A stretch of DNA of 64,000 nucleotides, taken from assembly GCA_016699795.1 (NCBI GenBank), contig CP065011.1:819449-883448 (forward strand). Reading direction: 5' to 3'. This document shows, in pieces, positions 40,871-50,348 of this stretch. Under the pieces are notes generated by a model that made no database searches, was not told the DNA's origin, and was given only the letters and a program-made list of their open reading frames with translations. The position numbers and the translations under genes are program-made. Origin of the DNA: Candidatus Moraniibacteriota bacterium (GTDB taxonomy: Bacteria > Patescibacteriota > Minisyncoccia > Moranbacterales > GCA-2747515). How positions within the stretch are numbered: the first letter of the stretch is position 1; each line of letters starts with the position of its first letter.

Positions 40871-41752
40871 ATGAAATCATCATTATCATCTTTTCACAAA
40901 AAGTCTTCGGAGAGCCAATTTCTTTTTGGTGTGAGAGAAATATTACGAGATTTTCCTGAAAGAACACAAAGCGTTCTTTCAGATCGATATAATTTGAGTG
41001 GAAAATTAAAAAAAGGGAAAACACTTGAAGCTATTGGTTGTGAGTACGGAGTAACCCGAGAACGTGTACGTCAGATTATTCAATATGCAATGAAAGTTTC
41101 GAGAGATAGGGGCATGAAGAGTCTTGATAGCGCTATAGAGACTGTGAGTACTACTCTTTCTGAGCGTGGAGGGATCCTTTCCAAAAAAGGTCTTTTGCAT
41201 AATCTTGATATAAAAGTTCCAGGAGATGATGGTGCGCTTGATTTTATTCTCGATCTTTCTGATAAATTTGTAGTACTTTCTCCCAATCGCTATGTCACTC
41301 ATGCTGTTTCTATGATAGGTTTTGATCATAAAAGATTTCAGAAAGTTATTGAGGATGTTGAATCGTTCTTACAAGATATTAAAAAACCAAGCTCTTTAGA
41401 ATTCCTTCATAAAATTCTTTGCGAACGTTCCGATGAGCAGGCTGATATTCTTCATTTAGAATCTTTCTTGATTTCTAGTGCAACTATTGATAAAAATCCT
41501 CTTGGAGAATGGGGTATGCTGAAATGGGGAGAAATACGACCGAAAAGTGCGGGTCAACGCGCATATTTAGCACTTCGTTTTCATGGAAAACCGATGCATT
41601 TTACGCAAATATCTCAGAAAATTCACGAGCTTGGACTTTCTTCGAGAAAAGTTAATTCTCAAACAGTTCATAATGAACTTATAAAGAGCTCTTTGTTTGT
41701 GTTGTGTGGAAGGGGAATTTACGGTCTTTCTGAATGGAAAAACTTTTCTTGA
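40871..41752 (+). CDS. hypothetical DNA-binding protein with a sigma-70 region-4-like HTH
   Basis: TLEAIGCEYGVTRERVRQIIQYAMKV matches the sigma-70 region 4 helix-turn-helix. No region 2 is present, so this is not a complete sigma factor. Confidence 0.4.
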   Translation: MKSSLSSFHKKSSESQFLFGVREILRDFPERTQSVLSDRYNLSGKLKKGKTLEAIGCEYGVTRERVRQIIQYAMKVSRDRGMKSLDSAIETVSTTLSERGGILSKKGLLHNLDIKVPGDDGALDFILDLSDKFVVLSPNRYVTHAVSMIGFDHKRFQKVIEDVESFLQDIKKPSSLEFLHKILCERSDEQADILHLESFLISSATIDKNPLGEWGMLKWGEIRPKSAGQRAYLALRFHGKPMHFTQISQKIHELGLSSRKVNSQTVHNELIKSSLFVLCGRGIYGLSEWKNFS

Positions 41753-41804
41753 TTTCTTTCGTAAATACGAAGATAATAAAAAATAATATACAAACATTAA
41801 ACCG

Positions 41805-43082
41805 ATGAATCTTACAGCAATTATATCTTCTGGATTTTTTTTCCAACTCGGGGAATTTTTTGATGTTATCTCTGTAATCTGGGTTTTTGTTTTGCCGTTT
41901 GCTTTTTATTATCTCTTCATGCTTCTTTGGATGGATTATGTGAATGATAGATATGCTGGAAAGATGAGTTTTATTCTTCTTGAAATCACGCCTCCTCAAA
42001 ATATCGAAAAAAGTCCTCAGCCAATGGAGGCTTTGTACTCTGGAATGGCCGGTGCTTATAAAACACCAAATGTTTTTGAACAGTATCTGGATGGTTTCTT
42101 TGTAGATTCTTTTTCTTTGGAGTTTGTGGGAAGTGGGGGAAAGGGGGTTCACTTTTATATTCGAACACCTAAACAATTTCAACATCTTGTAGAGGCTCAT
42201 CTCTATGCACAATATCCTGAAGTAGAAATTCTTGAGGTGGAGGATTATATACACGAAGTTCCCCCTGTAATTCCTAATGATGAATGGGATATCTGGGGCT
42301 CTGATTTTGAGCTTACTGAGCCTGATCCGATGCCAATTAAAACGTATAGACATTTTGAAGAAGATGTTACTGGAAAGATGATAGACCCTCTTGCAGGTCT
42401 TATTGAAATAATGGGACAACTTACCCCTGAGCAACATTTATGGCTTCAGTATATTATCACCCCAGTTTCAGAAGGTTGGTCAAAGGAGGGTCGTCAATAT
42501 GTGCAAGAACGAGCTGGACGAGTAACTAAAAAACCTGGATTTTGGGATAAATTCATAAAAGATTTTTTTGATGTGATTAAAGCGATTGTATCGGGTATTT
42601 TTAGTCCGCCACAATTTTCAACAAGTGAAGAAAAAAAAGATGCTCAACCTTTGGAGGATCGATTAACTCCTATGGAAAAACGTATTCTTGAGGCTTTGGA
42701 AGGAAATGTTGGAAAGAATGTTTTCCAGGTAAAAATGAGAATGGTTTATGTGGGAAAGAAAATAGGTTTTGATAAAGCAACGTTCGTTTCTGGTTTGATG
42801 GGAGGAATTAAACAGTTTTCAGATATGAACTATAACGGGCTTCGTCCAGAGGATGCCTCCAAAACATACGCAAATTATATTATGAAAACTTCGAGATTGA
42901 ATTATCGACAGAGAAAAATATTCAATCGATATCGTGATAGAGATCCTTCGGGAAAGAGATTTATTTTTAGTACAGAAGAACTTGCTACTGTTTTTCATCT
43001 TCCTGATATGGCTGTCATTTCACCTTTCTTTCGACGTGTAAGTGCTAAAAGAGGAAGCGCTCCAATAAATCTTCCTTTCTAA
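41805..43082 (+). CDS. membrane-anchored hypothetical protein, probable partner of the downstream ATPase
   Basis: One or two N-terminal transmembrane helices, then a ~380-aa soluble domain with no recognised motif. Separated from the next gene by 30 bp. Confidence 0.35.
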   Translation: MNLTAIISSGFFFQLGEFFDVISVIWVFVLPFAFYYLFMLLWMDYVNDRYAGKMSFILLEITPPQNIEKSPQPMEALYSGMAGAYKTPNVFEQYLDGFFVDSFSLEFVGSGGKGVHFYIRTPKQFQHLVEAHLYAQYPEVEILEVEDYIHEVPPVIPNDEWDIWGSDFELTEPDPMPIKTYRHFEEDVTGKMIDPLAGLIEIMGQLTPEQHLWLQYIITPVSEGWSKEGRQYVQERAGRVTKKPGFWDKFIKDFFDVIKAIVSGIFSPPQFSTSEEKKDAQPLEDRLTPMEKRILEALEGNVGKNVFQVKMRMVYVGKKIGFDKATFVSGLMGGIKQFSDMNYNGLRPEDASKTYANYIMKTSRLNYRQRKIFNRYRDRDPSGKRFIFSTEELATVFHLPDMAVISPFFRRVSAKRGSAPINLPF

Positions 43083-43111
43083 TTTCCTTATTTTGTGGTA
43101 TACTTTTTCCT

Positions 43112-45124
43112 ATGACAAATCTAAATGAAATAACAAAATTTGCCAAAACTAATTTCCGTAATAGGGAGGTAGTGTTTGGAATAAAGACCGATGATAGACG
43201 TCGGCATATGTATATCATTGGAAAGACTGGAATGGGAAAAACGAATCTCTTGGAACATCTTGTAAGTCAAGATATTAAAAATGGACATGGCGTAGCTTAT
43301 GTGGATCCCCATGGAGATACTTCAGAAAAACTTACACACCTTATTCCACCCGAAAGAATTAAAGATGTTATCTATTTTAATCCTGCTGATCAAGATTTCC
43401 CTATAGCCTTCAATGTGATGGAAAGAGTGGATCCAGCGTACCGACATCTTGTTGCATCAGGTTTGGTGGGTGTTTTTAAAAAACTATGGGCAGATTCATG
43501 GGGACCAAGATTGGAATATATTCTGAGAAATGCTCTTCTTGCTCTTTTGGAATACCCAGAAAGTACTCTTTTGGGTGTGATGCGTATTTTGGTTGACAAG
43601 AAATATCAGAAAGAAGTTGCTTCTTATATTACTGATCCTGTAGTGCGAAGTTTTTGGGTAGATGAATTTACAAAGTGGAATGATAGAGTTTTGCAAGAAG
43701 TAATCGCTCCGATTCAAAATAAAGTAGGCCAATTTCTTTCGAGTTCATTAATTCGAAATATCGTTGGTCAAACGGAATCCTCTTTTAATATCCGACAAGC
43801 GATGGATGAGAAGAAAATCCTCATTTTCAATTTGTCGAAAGGAAGAATAGGAGAAGATAATAGCGCACTTTTGGGTGCTATGATGATTACGAAAATTCAG
43901 CTTGCGGCCATGGGTCGTGTAGATATTGCAGAAGAAAGTCGAAATGACTTTTATTTGTATGTAGATGAGTTTCAGAATTTCGCTACAGAATCTTTTGCTA
44001 ATATTCTTTCAGAAGCGAGAAAATATCGATTAAATCTTATCCTTGCTAATCAGTACATAACACAGATTGAAGAAAAGGTTCGTGATTCTATCTTTGGAAA
44101 TGCGGGAACATTGGTATCGTTTCGTGTGGGAGCAGCAGATGCTGAATTTTTAGAGAAGGAATTCGAGCCTGTTTTTTTGCAGAATGATCTTGTGAATCTT
44201 CCTAAATATCATATTTATTTAAAGCTTATGATAGATGGCGTGGCTGGAGATGCTTTTAGCGCAACAACACTTCCTCCTGTGGAAGGACAAGAAGTAGAAG
44301 ATGTTTCGGAGCAAGTTATTTTTGAAACTCGAAAACGATACACATCTTCTCGTGAGCAGGTGGAAGCAGATATTCGAAAACGAAGTGGTATGGACGAATT
44401 GCTTTTCCCCTCAAAAAGAGAAGAACCAAAAGAGAGAAAATTTGAAATGAAAAGTAATCCCCCTCATTTTGCAAAAGCATCTGTTGAGGAAAATGAAGTA
44501 CCTACTCATCCTCTCGTTACACCACCTATTGTCGTACAAAAAGAGCTTTTGCATGAAGAGATAACTCTTCCTCAAAGAGAAGCACAGCCAAATGAGCAAA
44601 ATTTTGAAAAACAAGTGGAGAGGGAGCAAGTTTCTAAAGAAGTTAGCCCAAAAAATATTTTGTCCGAAGAACATAAAACACATCCTCTTCAAGAAGAAAA
44701 AACAGTAAGAATTCTTTATGATTCTGTTTGTGAATCTTGTGGTGTTCCTATTCAAGTTCCTTTCAAACCAGATGTAACAAGACCTACTTTTTGTAGAGAA
44801 CATTTGAAAGAACACCAGAGACAAACAGCACTTGCTCGAGGAGCGACAAAGTCTCACAGTAGACCCCGCATTGTTCAGCAATCTGAGCCTCCAAGAAAAG
44901 AAGAAGAAATTACTTTAGAAAACAAGAACACTTCTTCCAAGGTGTATACTTCAAGTGAACCGGCAATGTCTCTTTCTCAAATGCAATATGTAGCACCAAA
45001 GAAGTTTCGATCATTACAGAAACCAAATTCTAATGATATTCGAACATTGCTTGAGAGCCTTAAGCGAAATGGACCCCAAGAAAATGAAGATACAGATTTT
45101 TCTCAAAAGAAAAATTCTGAATAG
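43112..45124 (+). CDS. TraD/TrwB/VirD4-like (DUF87/HerA-related) P-loop ATPase with a C-terminal zinc ribbon
   Basis: Walker A IIGKTGMGKTNLLEHL, Walker B LYVDEFQNF, an ARKYRLNLILANQ sensor block, and CESCGVPI...CREH Cys pairs. The C-terminal ~250 aa are low-complexity. Confidence 0.5.
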   Translation: MTNLNEITKFAKTNFRNREVVFGIKTDDRRRHMYIIGKTGMGKTNLLEHLVSQDIKNGHGVAYVDPHGDTSEKLTHLIPPERIKDVIYFNPADQDFPIAFNVMERVDPAYRHLVASGLVGVFKKLWADSWGPRLEYILRNALLALLEYPESTLLGVMRILVDKKYQKEVASYITDPVVRSFWVDEFTKWNDRVLQEVIAPIQNKVGQFLSSSLIRNIVGQTESSFNIRQAMDEKKILIFNLSKGRIGEDNSALLGAMMITKIQLAAMGRVDIAEESRNDFYLYVDEFQNFATESFANILSEARKYRLNLILANQYITQIEEKVRDSIFGNAGTLVSFRVGAADAEFLEKEFEPVFLQNDLVNLPKYHIYLKLMIDGVAGDAFSATTLPPVEGQEVEDVSEQVIFETRKRYTSSREQVEADIRKRSGMDELLFPSKREEPKERKFEMKSNPPHFAKASVEENEVPTHPLVTPPIVVQKELLHEEITLPQREAQPNEQNFEKQVEREQVSKEVSPKNILSEEHKTHPLQEEKTVRILYDSVCESCGVPIQVPFKPDVTRPTFCREHLKEHQRQTALARGATKSHSRPRIVQQSEPPRKEEEITLENKNTSSKVYTSSEPAMSLSQMQYVAPKKFRSLQKPNSNDIRTLLESLKRNGPQENEDTDFSQKKNSE

Positions 45125-45197
45125 TACTTGTAGAAGAAATTTTGAAAAAACTATTTTGTTTTTTTAGCTTATTTTATTTGATGATAGAAATTGATGT

Positions 45198-45479
45198 ATG
45201 TATCTAAGAAGTTATGAGAATTTAGAGCAAAACGAGCGAAGAAAATTAATGGCTGAAATTGAAAATGAATTAGTTATAATAGAATCTGATTTGAAACGAA
45301 ATGCGAGAAAAAAAGAGGATCTTCTTTTGGAAAAAAGGCGTTTAAATGATCAGATTTTGGTACTTCAAGCTCGTTTAGAAGATCTTTCAAAAGAGCTTAA
45401 AAATAGTTTGAAAGAAGAATTTTACTTTCAAACTGAAATTGATCGATTAAAGAAAAAGAGAAACGTTGTAGGGAATTAG
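45198..45479 (+). CDS. small coiled-coil hypothetical protein
   Basis: 93 aa, charged heptad-like sequence, no motif. Confidence 0.2.
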   Translation: MYLRSYENLEQNERRKLMAEIENELVIIESDLKRNARKKEDLLLEKRRLNDQILVLQARLEDLSKELKNSLKEEFYFQTEIDRLKKKRNVVGN

Positions 45480-45620
45480 ATTTCTTTAACTTCGAGTAAA
45501 AATTTTAAAAATCTTCGAAGAGGTGTCGATATATTTTAAAATAATTTTGGTAATTTACAGCCGAAATTATGAAATTTTGAGTGATAGAAGAAACCATTCT
45601 CGCTTTAAAGAGAAGGGTTT

Positions 45621-46766
45621 TTAGTATATGATCACGGGCATTCCAATATATGACCATTCATAAACCTTTTGAGCAGGGCCAACTCCCAAACGAACACAGC
45701 CATGAGAAACGGGTATTCCAAGATGATTCGCCCCTTCTTTATAACCTCCTGGCCATTCTGGAAGTTCATGAATGCCATACTTTCCATCCGGAGTTATCGC
45801 CATCCAATGAGGCATAAAAAGAGAATATTGTTTTGACCAGGGTCTAGGGAACTGATTGTGAATAGCAAATGTTCCTTTGGGCGTATCCATACCTCTTTTT
45901 CCAGAAGAGATAAGATAGGAGTCAACAAAACTTCCATTTTCAAAAAGTGTCATTATTTGAGCGCTAATATTAATATCAATATATTTTCCTTCTAATACTT
46001 TCGGATTGGTATATTTTCTTACTTCAGAGAGGCGATCATTGAGATTCAAAGACCATGTGGAGGGGCGAGGAGGGAGTGTGGTAAAAGAAAAAGTAGTAAT
46101 CTTTTTTTGATATTCTTCATTTGGGAAATCAATAGGATAAGCGACAACATCCACAGTATATGGCACACCACTTTCGAATGTTTCTTTTGGTAGTATTTCA
46201 AATCTTGATCGATTGTCATTGCTTTGATAGATAACCTGACGCTTGGGATTGAGAGAAAAGTCTATCCAAAAATCTCCAGCACCGCGATCAAGTTTAACGG
46301 ATAAAGGGTCTTCAATTCCCACAACAACATCTGTCGCATTATTTTCAGGCCAAACTTCTTCCACTTTCGGATAAGGAATAGTTTTAAAAGAAAGTGTCTT
46401 TCCTGGAAATGTCGACATGAATTTTGTTTTTCCTTCGGGGAGGGTTATGGTGTAGTCCATTTCTGGTTTCCAAATAGATTTTGGTTTTATGACGAGGGTG
46501 TTGTTTTTTTCCCATGAAACAAAAACATTTGTCTTGGGTGTAATGCGAAGAGATTCTCGAAAATTTTCTGTCGTTATTGCTTCTGTAAAATGAATAGTTA
46601 TCGATTCGGTAAGACCTAGATACGAAGGCATGTCTTTAAACTCAGCAATAACGTTTTGAGCTGCTGAATAAGAAAAAAAACCAAAAATAAAAAGAAATAT
46701 CAATGAGGGTGTACCAAGAATAAAAAATAAAATTTTTTTGAGAAGAACGTTTGCTTTTTTTGTCAT
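45621..46766 (-). CDS. L,D-transpeptidase (YkuD domain) with N-terminal Ig-like domains
   Basis: The C-terminal catalytic block HGIHELPEW...GIPVSHGCVRLG carries the His/Cys of YkuD; N-terminal transmembrane anchor. Confidence 0.75.
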   Translation of the reverse strand: MTKKANVLLKKILFFILGTPSLIFLFIFGFFSYSAAQNVIAEFKDMPSYLGLTESITIHFTEAITTENFRESLRITPKTNVFVSWEKNNTLVIKPKSIWKPEMDYTITLPEGKTKFMSTFPGKTLSFKTIPYPKVEEVWPENNATDVVVGIEDPLSVKLDRGAGDFWIDFSLNPKRQVIYQSNDNRSRFEILPKETFESGVPYTVDVVAYPIDFPNEEYQKKITTFSFTTLPPRPSTWSLNLNDRLSEVRKYTNPKVLEGKYIDINISAQIMTLFENGSFVDSYLISSGKRGMDTPKGTFAIHNQFPRPWSKQYSLFMPHWMAITPDGKYGIHELPEWPGGYKEGANHLGIPVSHGCVRLGVGPAQKVYEWSYIGMPVIIY

Positions 46767-46928
46767 GGAAACGATGTTAATATAAATCTTTCTCTAGTAT
46801 ATCAATTTGCGGTTTCTTTGAGAAGGTGTCATTTTTAAAGAGAGTTTGTTACACTAAAATAGTATAAGGGAGCTATTGCCAATCTCCATTTTTTATTACA
46901 ATCTTCAAATTTTTACTACAAATTCGGT

Positions 46929-47000
46929 AAAAATTTGACAGAATATCCAGATATTCCTTACAAATTTTTACAATTTTCGCAAAAAAATTTGAAAATTTCA
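46929..47000 (+). promoter_or_regulatory. copy 2 of the repeated promoter-like palindromic element, upstream of rmlD
   Basis: TTGACA (46935-46940), a 17-nt spacer containing the GAATAT-N5-ATATTC palindrome, TTACAAAT, then CAAATTTTT...AAAAAATTTG. Near-identical 14-nt inverted repeats (TATTGCCAATCTCC / GGAGATTGCCAATA) flank it at 46875 and 47010. Confidence 0.5.
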
Positions 47001-47046
47001 TATACGAAAGGAGATTGCCAATAGTCCTATAAGAGAATAAAATAAT

Positions 47047-48000
47047 ATGCAATCAGTACTTATTCTTGGTGCCAAAGGAATGTTAGGACAGGAACTTGTT
47101 AAATCTTTTTCTAAAAAAGAATCTTACGAGGTTATTGCTTGGGATAGAGATGATTTTGATGTGAGTGATGAAAAAATTCTTCGCGAAAAAGTTTCAGATC
47201 TCTGGCCTGATATTATTCTTAATGCTTGTGCTTATAATGCGGTAGATGTGTGCGAAATTGATGATGAGGAATATGAAAAGGCCAAAATTCTTAATACACA
47301 TGTTCCTGGTGTCTTAGCAGAAATCGCTAAAGATCTTCGTTCCATTTTTGTACATTATTCGACTGATTATGTTTTTGATGGAAATCGCCCTCAGTATCGT
47401 TTGGGAGGTCGGGCCCCTGGATGTTGTGGAAGTGGCTGTTCTGGTTGTTCTTACAAAAGTCCGAGTGGAAAATTTGATGGGTACAGAGAAAATGATTTAC
47501 CCAATCCGCTTTCTCGGTACGGTATGACAAAATATGAAGGAGAGCAAAAAATCGAGAAAGTAGGGGATCAATATTATATTTTTCGACTTTCTAAACTTTT
47601 TGGAAAGTCTGGTTTTGGAAATTATTCAAAACAATGTTTTTTTGAAAGTATCGAAAAATTGGCAAAAACTCAAAATGAAGTTCGAGTTGTTGATGGAGAA
47701 ATAAGCTGTTTTACCTATGCTCCTGACCTTGCTTTACAAACTGAAAAAATACTTTCTTCAGGTTTGGCTTTCGGAATATATCATCTTGTGAATAAAGGAG
47801 AAGAAACGTGGTACAGTGCTACGAAAAAACTTTTTGACGAAATGGGTATTCATACAAAACTTACAGCGGTATCCCCAAATGAATTTAAAAGGAATGCTAC
47901 TCGTCCTGAAAGGTCAGTTCTCGTTTCAACAAAAATAGAGGCTATGCGAAATTGGGAAGAGGCATTAAAGGATTATATAAAGGAAAATAAGAAGGTATAA
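47047..48000 (+). CDS. rfbD: dTDP-4-dehydrorhamnose reductase with a Cys/Gly-rich internal insertion
   Basis: The GAKGMLG Rossmann motif and the YSTDYVFDG ... YGMTKYEGE catalytic region match RmlD. A ~25-aa insert (RLGGRAPGCCGSGCSGCSYKSPSGKF) lies between them. Confidence 0.6.
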   Translation: MQSVLILGAKGMLGQELVKSFSKKESYEVIAWDRDDFDVSDEKILREKVSDLWPDIILNACAYNAVDVCEIDDEEYEKAKILNTHVPGVLAEIAKDLRSIFVHYSTDYVFDGNRPQYRLGGRAPGCCGSGCSGCSYKSPSGKFDGYRENDLPNPLSRYGMTKYEGEQKIEKVGDQYYIFRLSKLFGKSGFGNYSKQCFFESIEKLAKTQNEVRVVDGEISCFTYAPDLALQTEKILSSGLAFGIYHLVNKGEETWYSATKKLFDEMGIHTKLTAVSPNEFKRNATRPERSVLVSTKIEAMRNWEEALKDYIKENKKV

Positions 48001-48220
48001 TAATACTTTCCCTAAAATTAAACCGTAAGAGACTTATCGTAGAGGTTACAAGGTATACGGAGATTTTTTTAAACCCTTTTATTTTTAAAAGTTTCGAAAA
48101 ATTTTTTAAGAAAAATCTTTATTTTTTTCGTTTTACGCTCTGTAAATTCTTTTTTAGAACTTTTCTCTTGCGAGTTTTTTCTTTTATGTTATACTTTCGC
48201 AAGTATTGAGTGAGAAAAAT

Positions 48221-48294
48221 GCCGCCATCGTCTAGCCCGGTCAGGACGCCAGGTTCTCATCCTGGTAACAGGGGTTCGAATCCCCTTAGCGGTA
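48221..48294 (+). tRNA. tRNA-Glu (anticodon CTC), with one acceptor-stem mismatch
   Basis: Anticodon stem CCAGG/CCTGG with loop TTCTCAT, T-stem AGGGG/CCCCT with loop TTCGAAT, and a D-arm like tRNA-Glu. The acceptor stem GCCGCCA/TAGCGGT has one C-A mismatch and one GU pair. Confidence 0.6.
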
Positions 48295-48409
48295 CAATGC
48301 GGCAATAAAATTGTTGTATTTTTAGAATAAAGTGTTATTATTTTGGAATTTTTTAGAGAAAACAAAAAATCTAAAAGATCAATTTTAGTGAAAAATCGAA
48401 CGAATTTTT

Positions 48410-49480
48410 ATGAATATTCATGAAGAATTAGCTCTTTTTAAAAAGAGGTTGGATATTGAATTGAAACTGTTTCTTGATCGGGAAATTGCTTTAGCAAAGA
48501 AACAAGACCATTTAGTTTCTCTCGCATTAATACAGGCGAGAGAAATTCTTCTTTCAGGCGGAAAGAGAATTCGTGCTGCTATGATGTATATTGGATATCT
48601 TGCTGCAGGAGGAAAAAATACTGAGGAAATAATAAAAGCTTCGATGAGTATTGAACTTGTCCATGCTTTTTTACTTATTCATGATGATGTTATGGATCGT
48701 GATGATGTTCGGCATGGGAAGAAAACTATCCATGCTCACTTTCGCGAATACGGAATAAAATATTTTCCAGAAAAAGATACGACTCATTTTGGTAATATTA
48801 TGGCAATATCTATTGGGGATATTCTTACGGCTTATGGAGGTCAATGCATTTTTTCTTCTACGTTTGATCCTAATGATATCGTAATAGCCCTCAAGCGACT
48901 TCAGTCTATTGTTCTTTCAACGGTTATTGGTCAAATTAAAGATGTGAAAATGGGATTTTCTTCTAAAATTGCAACTGAAGAAGAAATTCTTCTGATGTAT
49001 GAACTTAAAACAGCGAGATATACTTTTGAAGGACCTCTTTGTTTGGGTGTCACTTTGGCTGGAGGATCACAAGAGCTTCTGGATGATATGAAAGAATATT
49101 CAATTCCTATGGGTATAGCGTATCAAATACAAGATGACATTCTCGGTATTTATGGCGAAGAAACTTCTGTAGGAAAAGTGATGGGATCTGATTTGGAAGA
49201 AGGTAAAATGACTCTTCTTGTAGCGGGAGCTCATCAACGAGGAAATAAAAATCAAAAAAAAGAATTGAAAAGCCTTTGGGGGACAACTCTTACTCAAGAG
49301 AAGCTCTGTCGTATTCAGCAATTATTCAAAGAAACAGGCTCCTTTGACTATGCAAACAATCTTCAAGAAGAATTATTACAAAAAGCACGTCAAGTAGTGC
49401 AAAGAATGGTAACTCAGGATACGTATTCTCGAGATTTTCTTTTTTCAGTAATTTCTTATCTTGCAGAAAGAAAAACATAG
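48410..49480 (+). CDS. polyprenyl diphosphate synthase (trans-isoprenyl diphosphate synthase family)
   Basis: First DDxxD motif (LLIHDDVMDRDDVRHG) and second DDxxD motif (IQDDILG). Confidence 0.8.
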   Translation: MNIHEELALFKKRLDIELKLFLDREIALAKKQDHLVSLALIQAREILLSGGKRIRAAMMYIGYLAAGGKNTEEIIKASMSIELVHAFLLIHDDVMDRDDVRHGKKTIHAHFREYGIKYFPEKDTTHFGNIMAISIGDILTAYGGQCIFSSTFDPNDIVIALKRLQSIVLSTVIGQIKDVKMGFSSKIATEEEILLMYELKTARYTFEGPLCLGVTLAGGSQELLDDMKEYSIPMGIAYQIQDDILGIYGEETSVGKVMGSDLEEGKMTLLVAGAHQRGNKNQKKELKSLWGTTLTQEKLCRIQQLFKETGSFDYANNLQEELLQKARQVVQRMVTQDTYSRDFLFSVISYLAERKT

Positions 49481-49503
49481 TAATGAATAGGCAATAAATA
49501 TAT

Positions 49504-50232
49504 ATGGAAAAAAAGGAGCACGTTCTTCCTATATCTGTCGTTCCCAATCATGTGGCTATCGTTCCAGATGGCAATCGTCGTTGGGCAAAAAACAGAGATC
49601 TTCTTCCTTGGGAGGGTCATCGTTTCGGTGCTGAGAATACAGAAAAGCTTATAAAAACTGCAAATAATTTAGGAATAAAATGTCTTTCTTTTTGGGGATC
49701 ATCGCAAGATAATCTAACAAAGCGACCAATTCGAGAGAAGAAAGAGCTTCTTGATGTCTATAAAGTATACTTCGAGCGATTGTTAAGAAGTGATGAAATT
49801 CATAAAAATGGTGTAAGGATTCGTGTCTTGGGTGAATGGGAAAAACAATTTCCAGAATCTCTCAAATCACTTCTTTTGGAATGTATAGATATAACGAAAG
49901 AGTATACTGATCGTATGCTTAACTTTTTTTTGGCTTATAATGGTGATAGAGAGATGCTTTTTGCTATACAAAAAATGATAGAAGATGGTATATCTGCACG
50001 AGATATTCATCCTGAAACTATAAAAAAATATCTTTTTACAAAAGATATTCCTTCTGTTGATTATCTTGTTCGAACGGGAGGAGAGCCTCATTTAAGTGCT
50101 GGTTTTATGATGTGGGAAGTAGCAAATGCTCAACTTTTTTTCTCAGATACCTGCTATCCAGATTTCGGGCCGGAAATGTTTACGGAAGCTATAGAAGAAT
50201 TTTCACGGCGAAAAAGAAGACTAGGTGCTTAA
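49504..50232 (+). CDS. uppS: isoprenyl transferase / undecaprenyl diphosphate synthase
   Basis: HVAIVPDGNRRWAK N-terminal signature of cis-prenyltransferases; 242 aa. Confidence 0.85.
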   Translation: MEKKEHVLPISVVPNHVAIVPDGNRRWAKNRDLLPWEGHRFGAENTEKLIKTANNLGIKCLSFWGSSQDNLTKRPIREKKELLDVYKVYFERLLRSDEIHKNGVRIRVLGEWEKQFPESLKSLLLECIDITKEYTDRMLNFFLAYNGDREMLFAIQKMIEDGISARDIHPETIKKYLFTKDIPSVDYLVRTGGEPHLSAGFMMWEVANAQLFFSDTCYPDFGPEMFTEAIEEFSRRKRRLGA

Positions 50233-50348
50233 ATTAAAGAGAGACCATTGTTAATTTCTGTTTTTTCCCACAATTTTCAAACTTCTCTTGTAATGGGATG
50301 AAAAATTGATGAGACAGTAAGATCTTTATAAAAAATAAAATTAAATAT

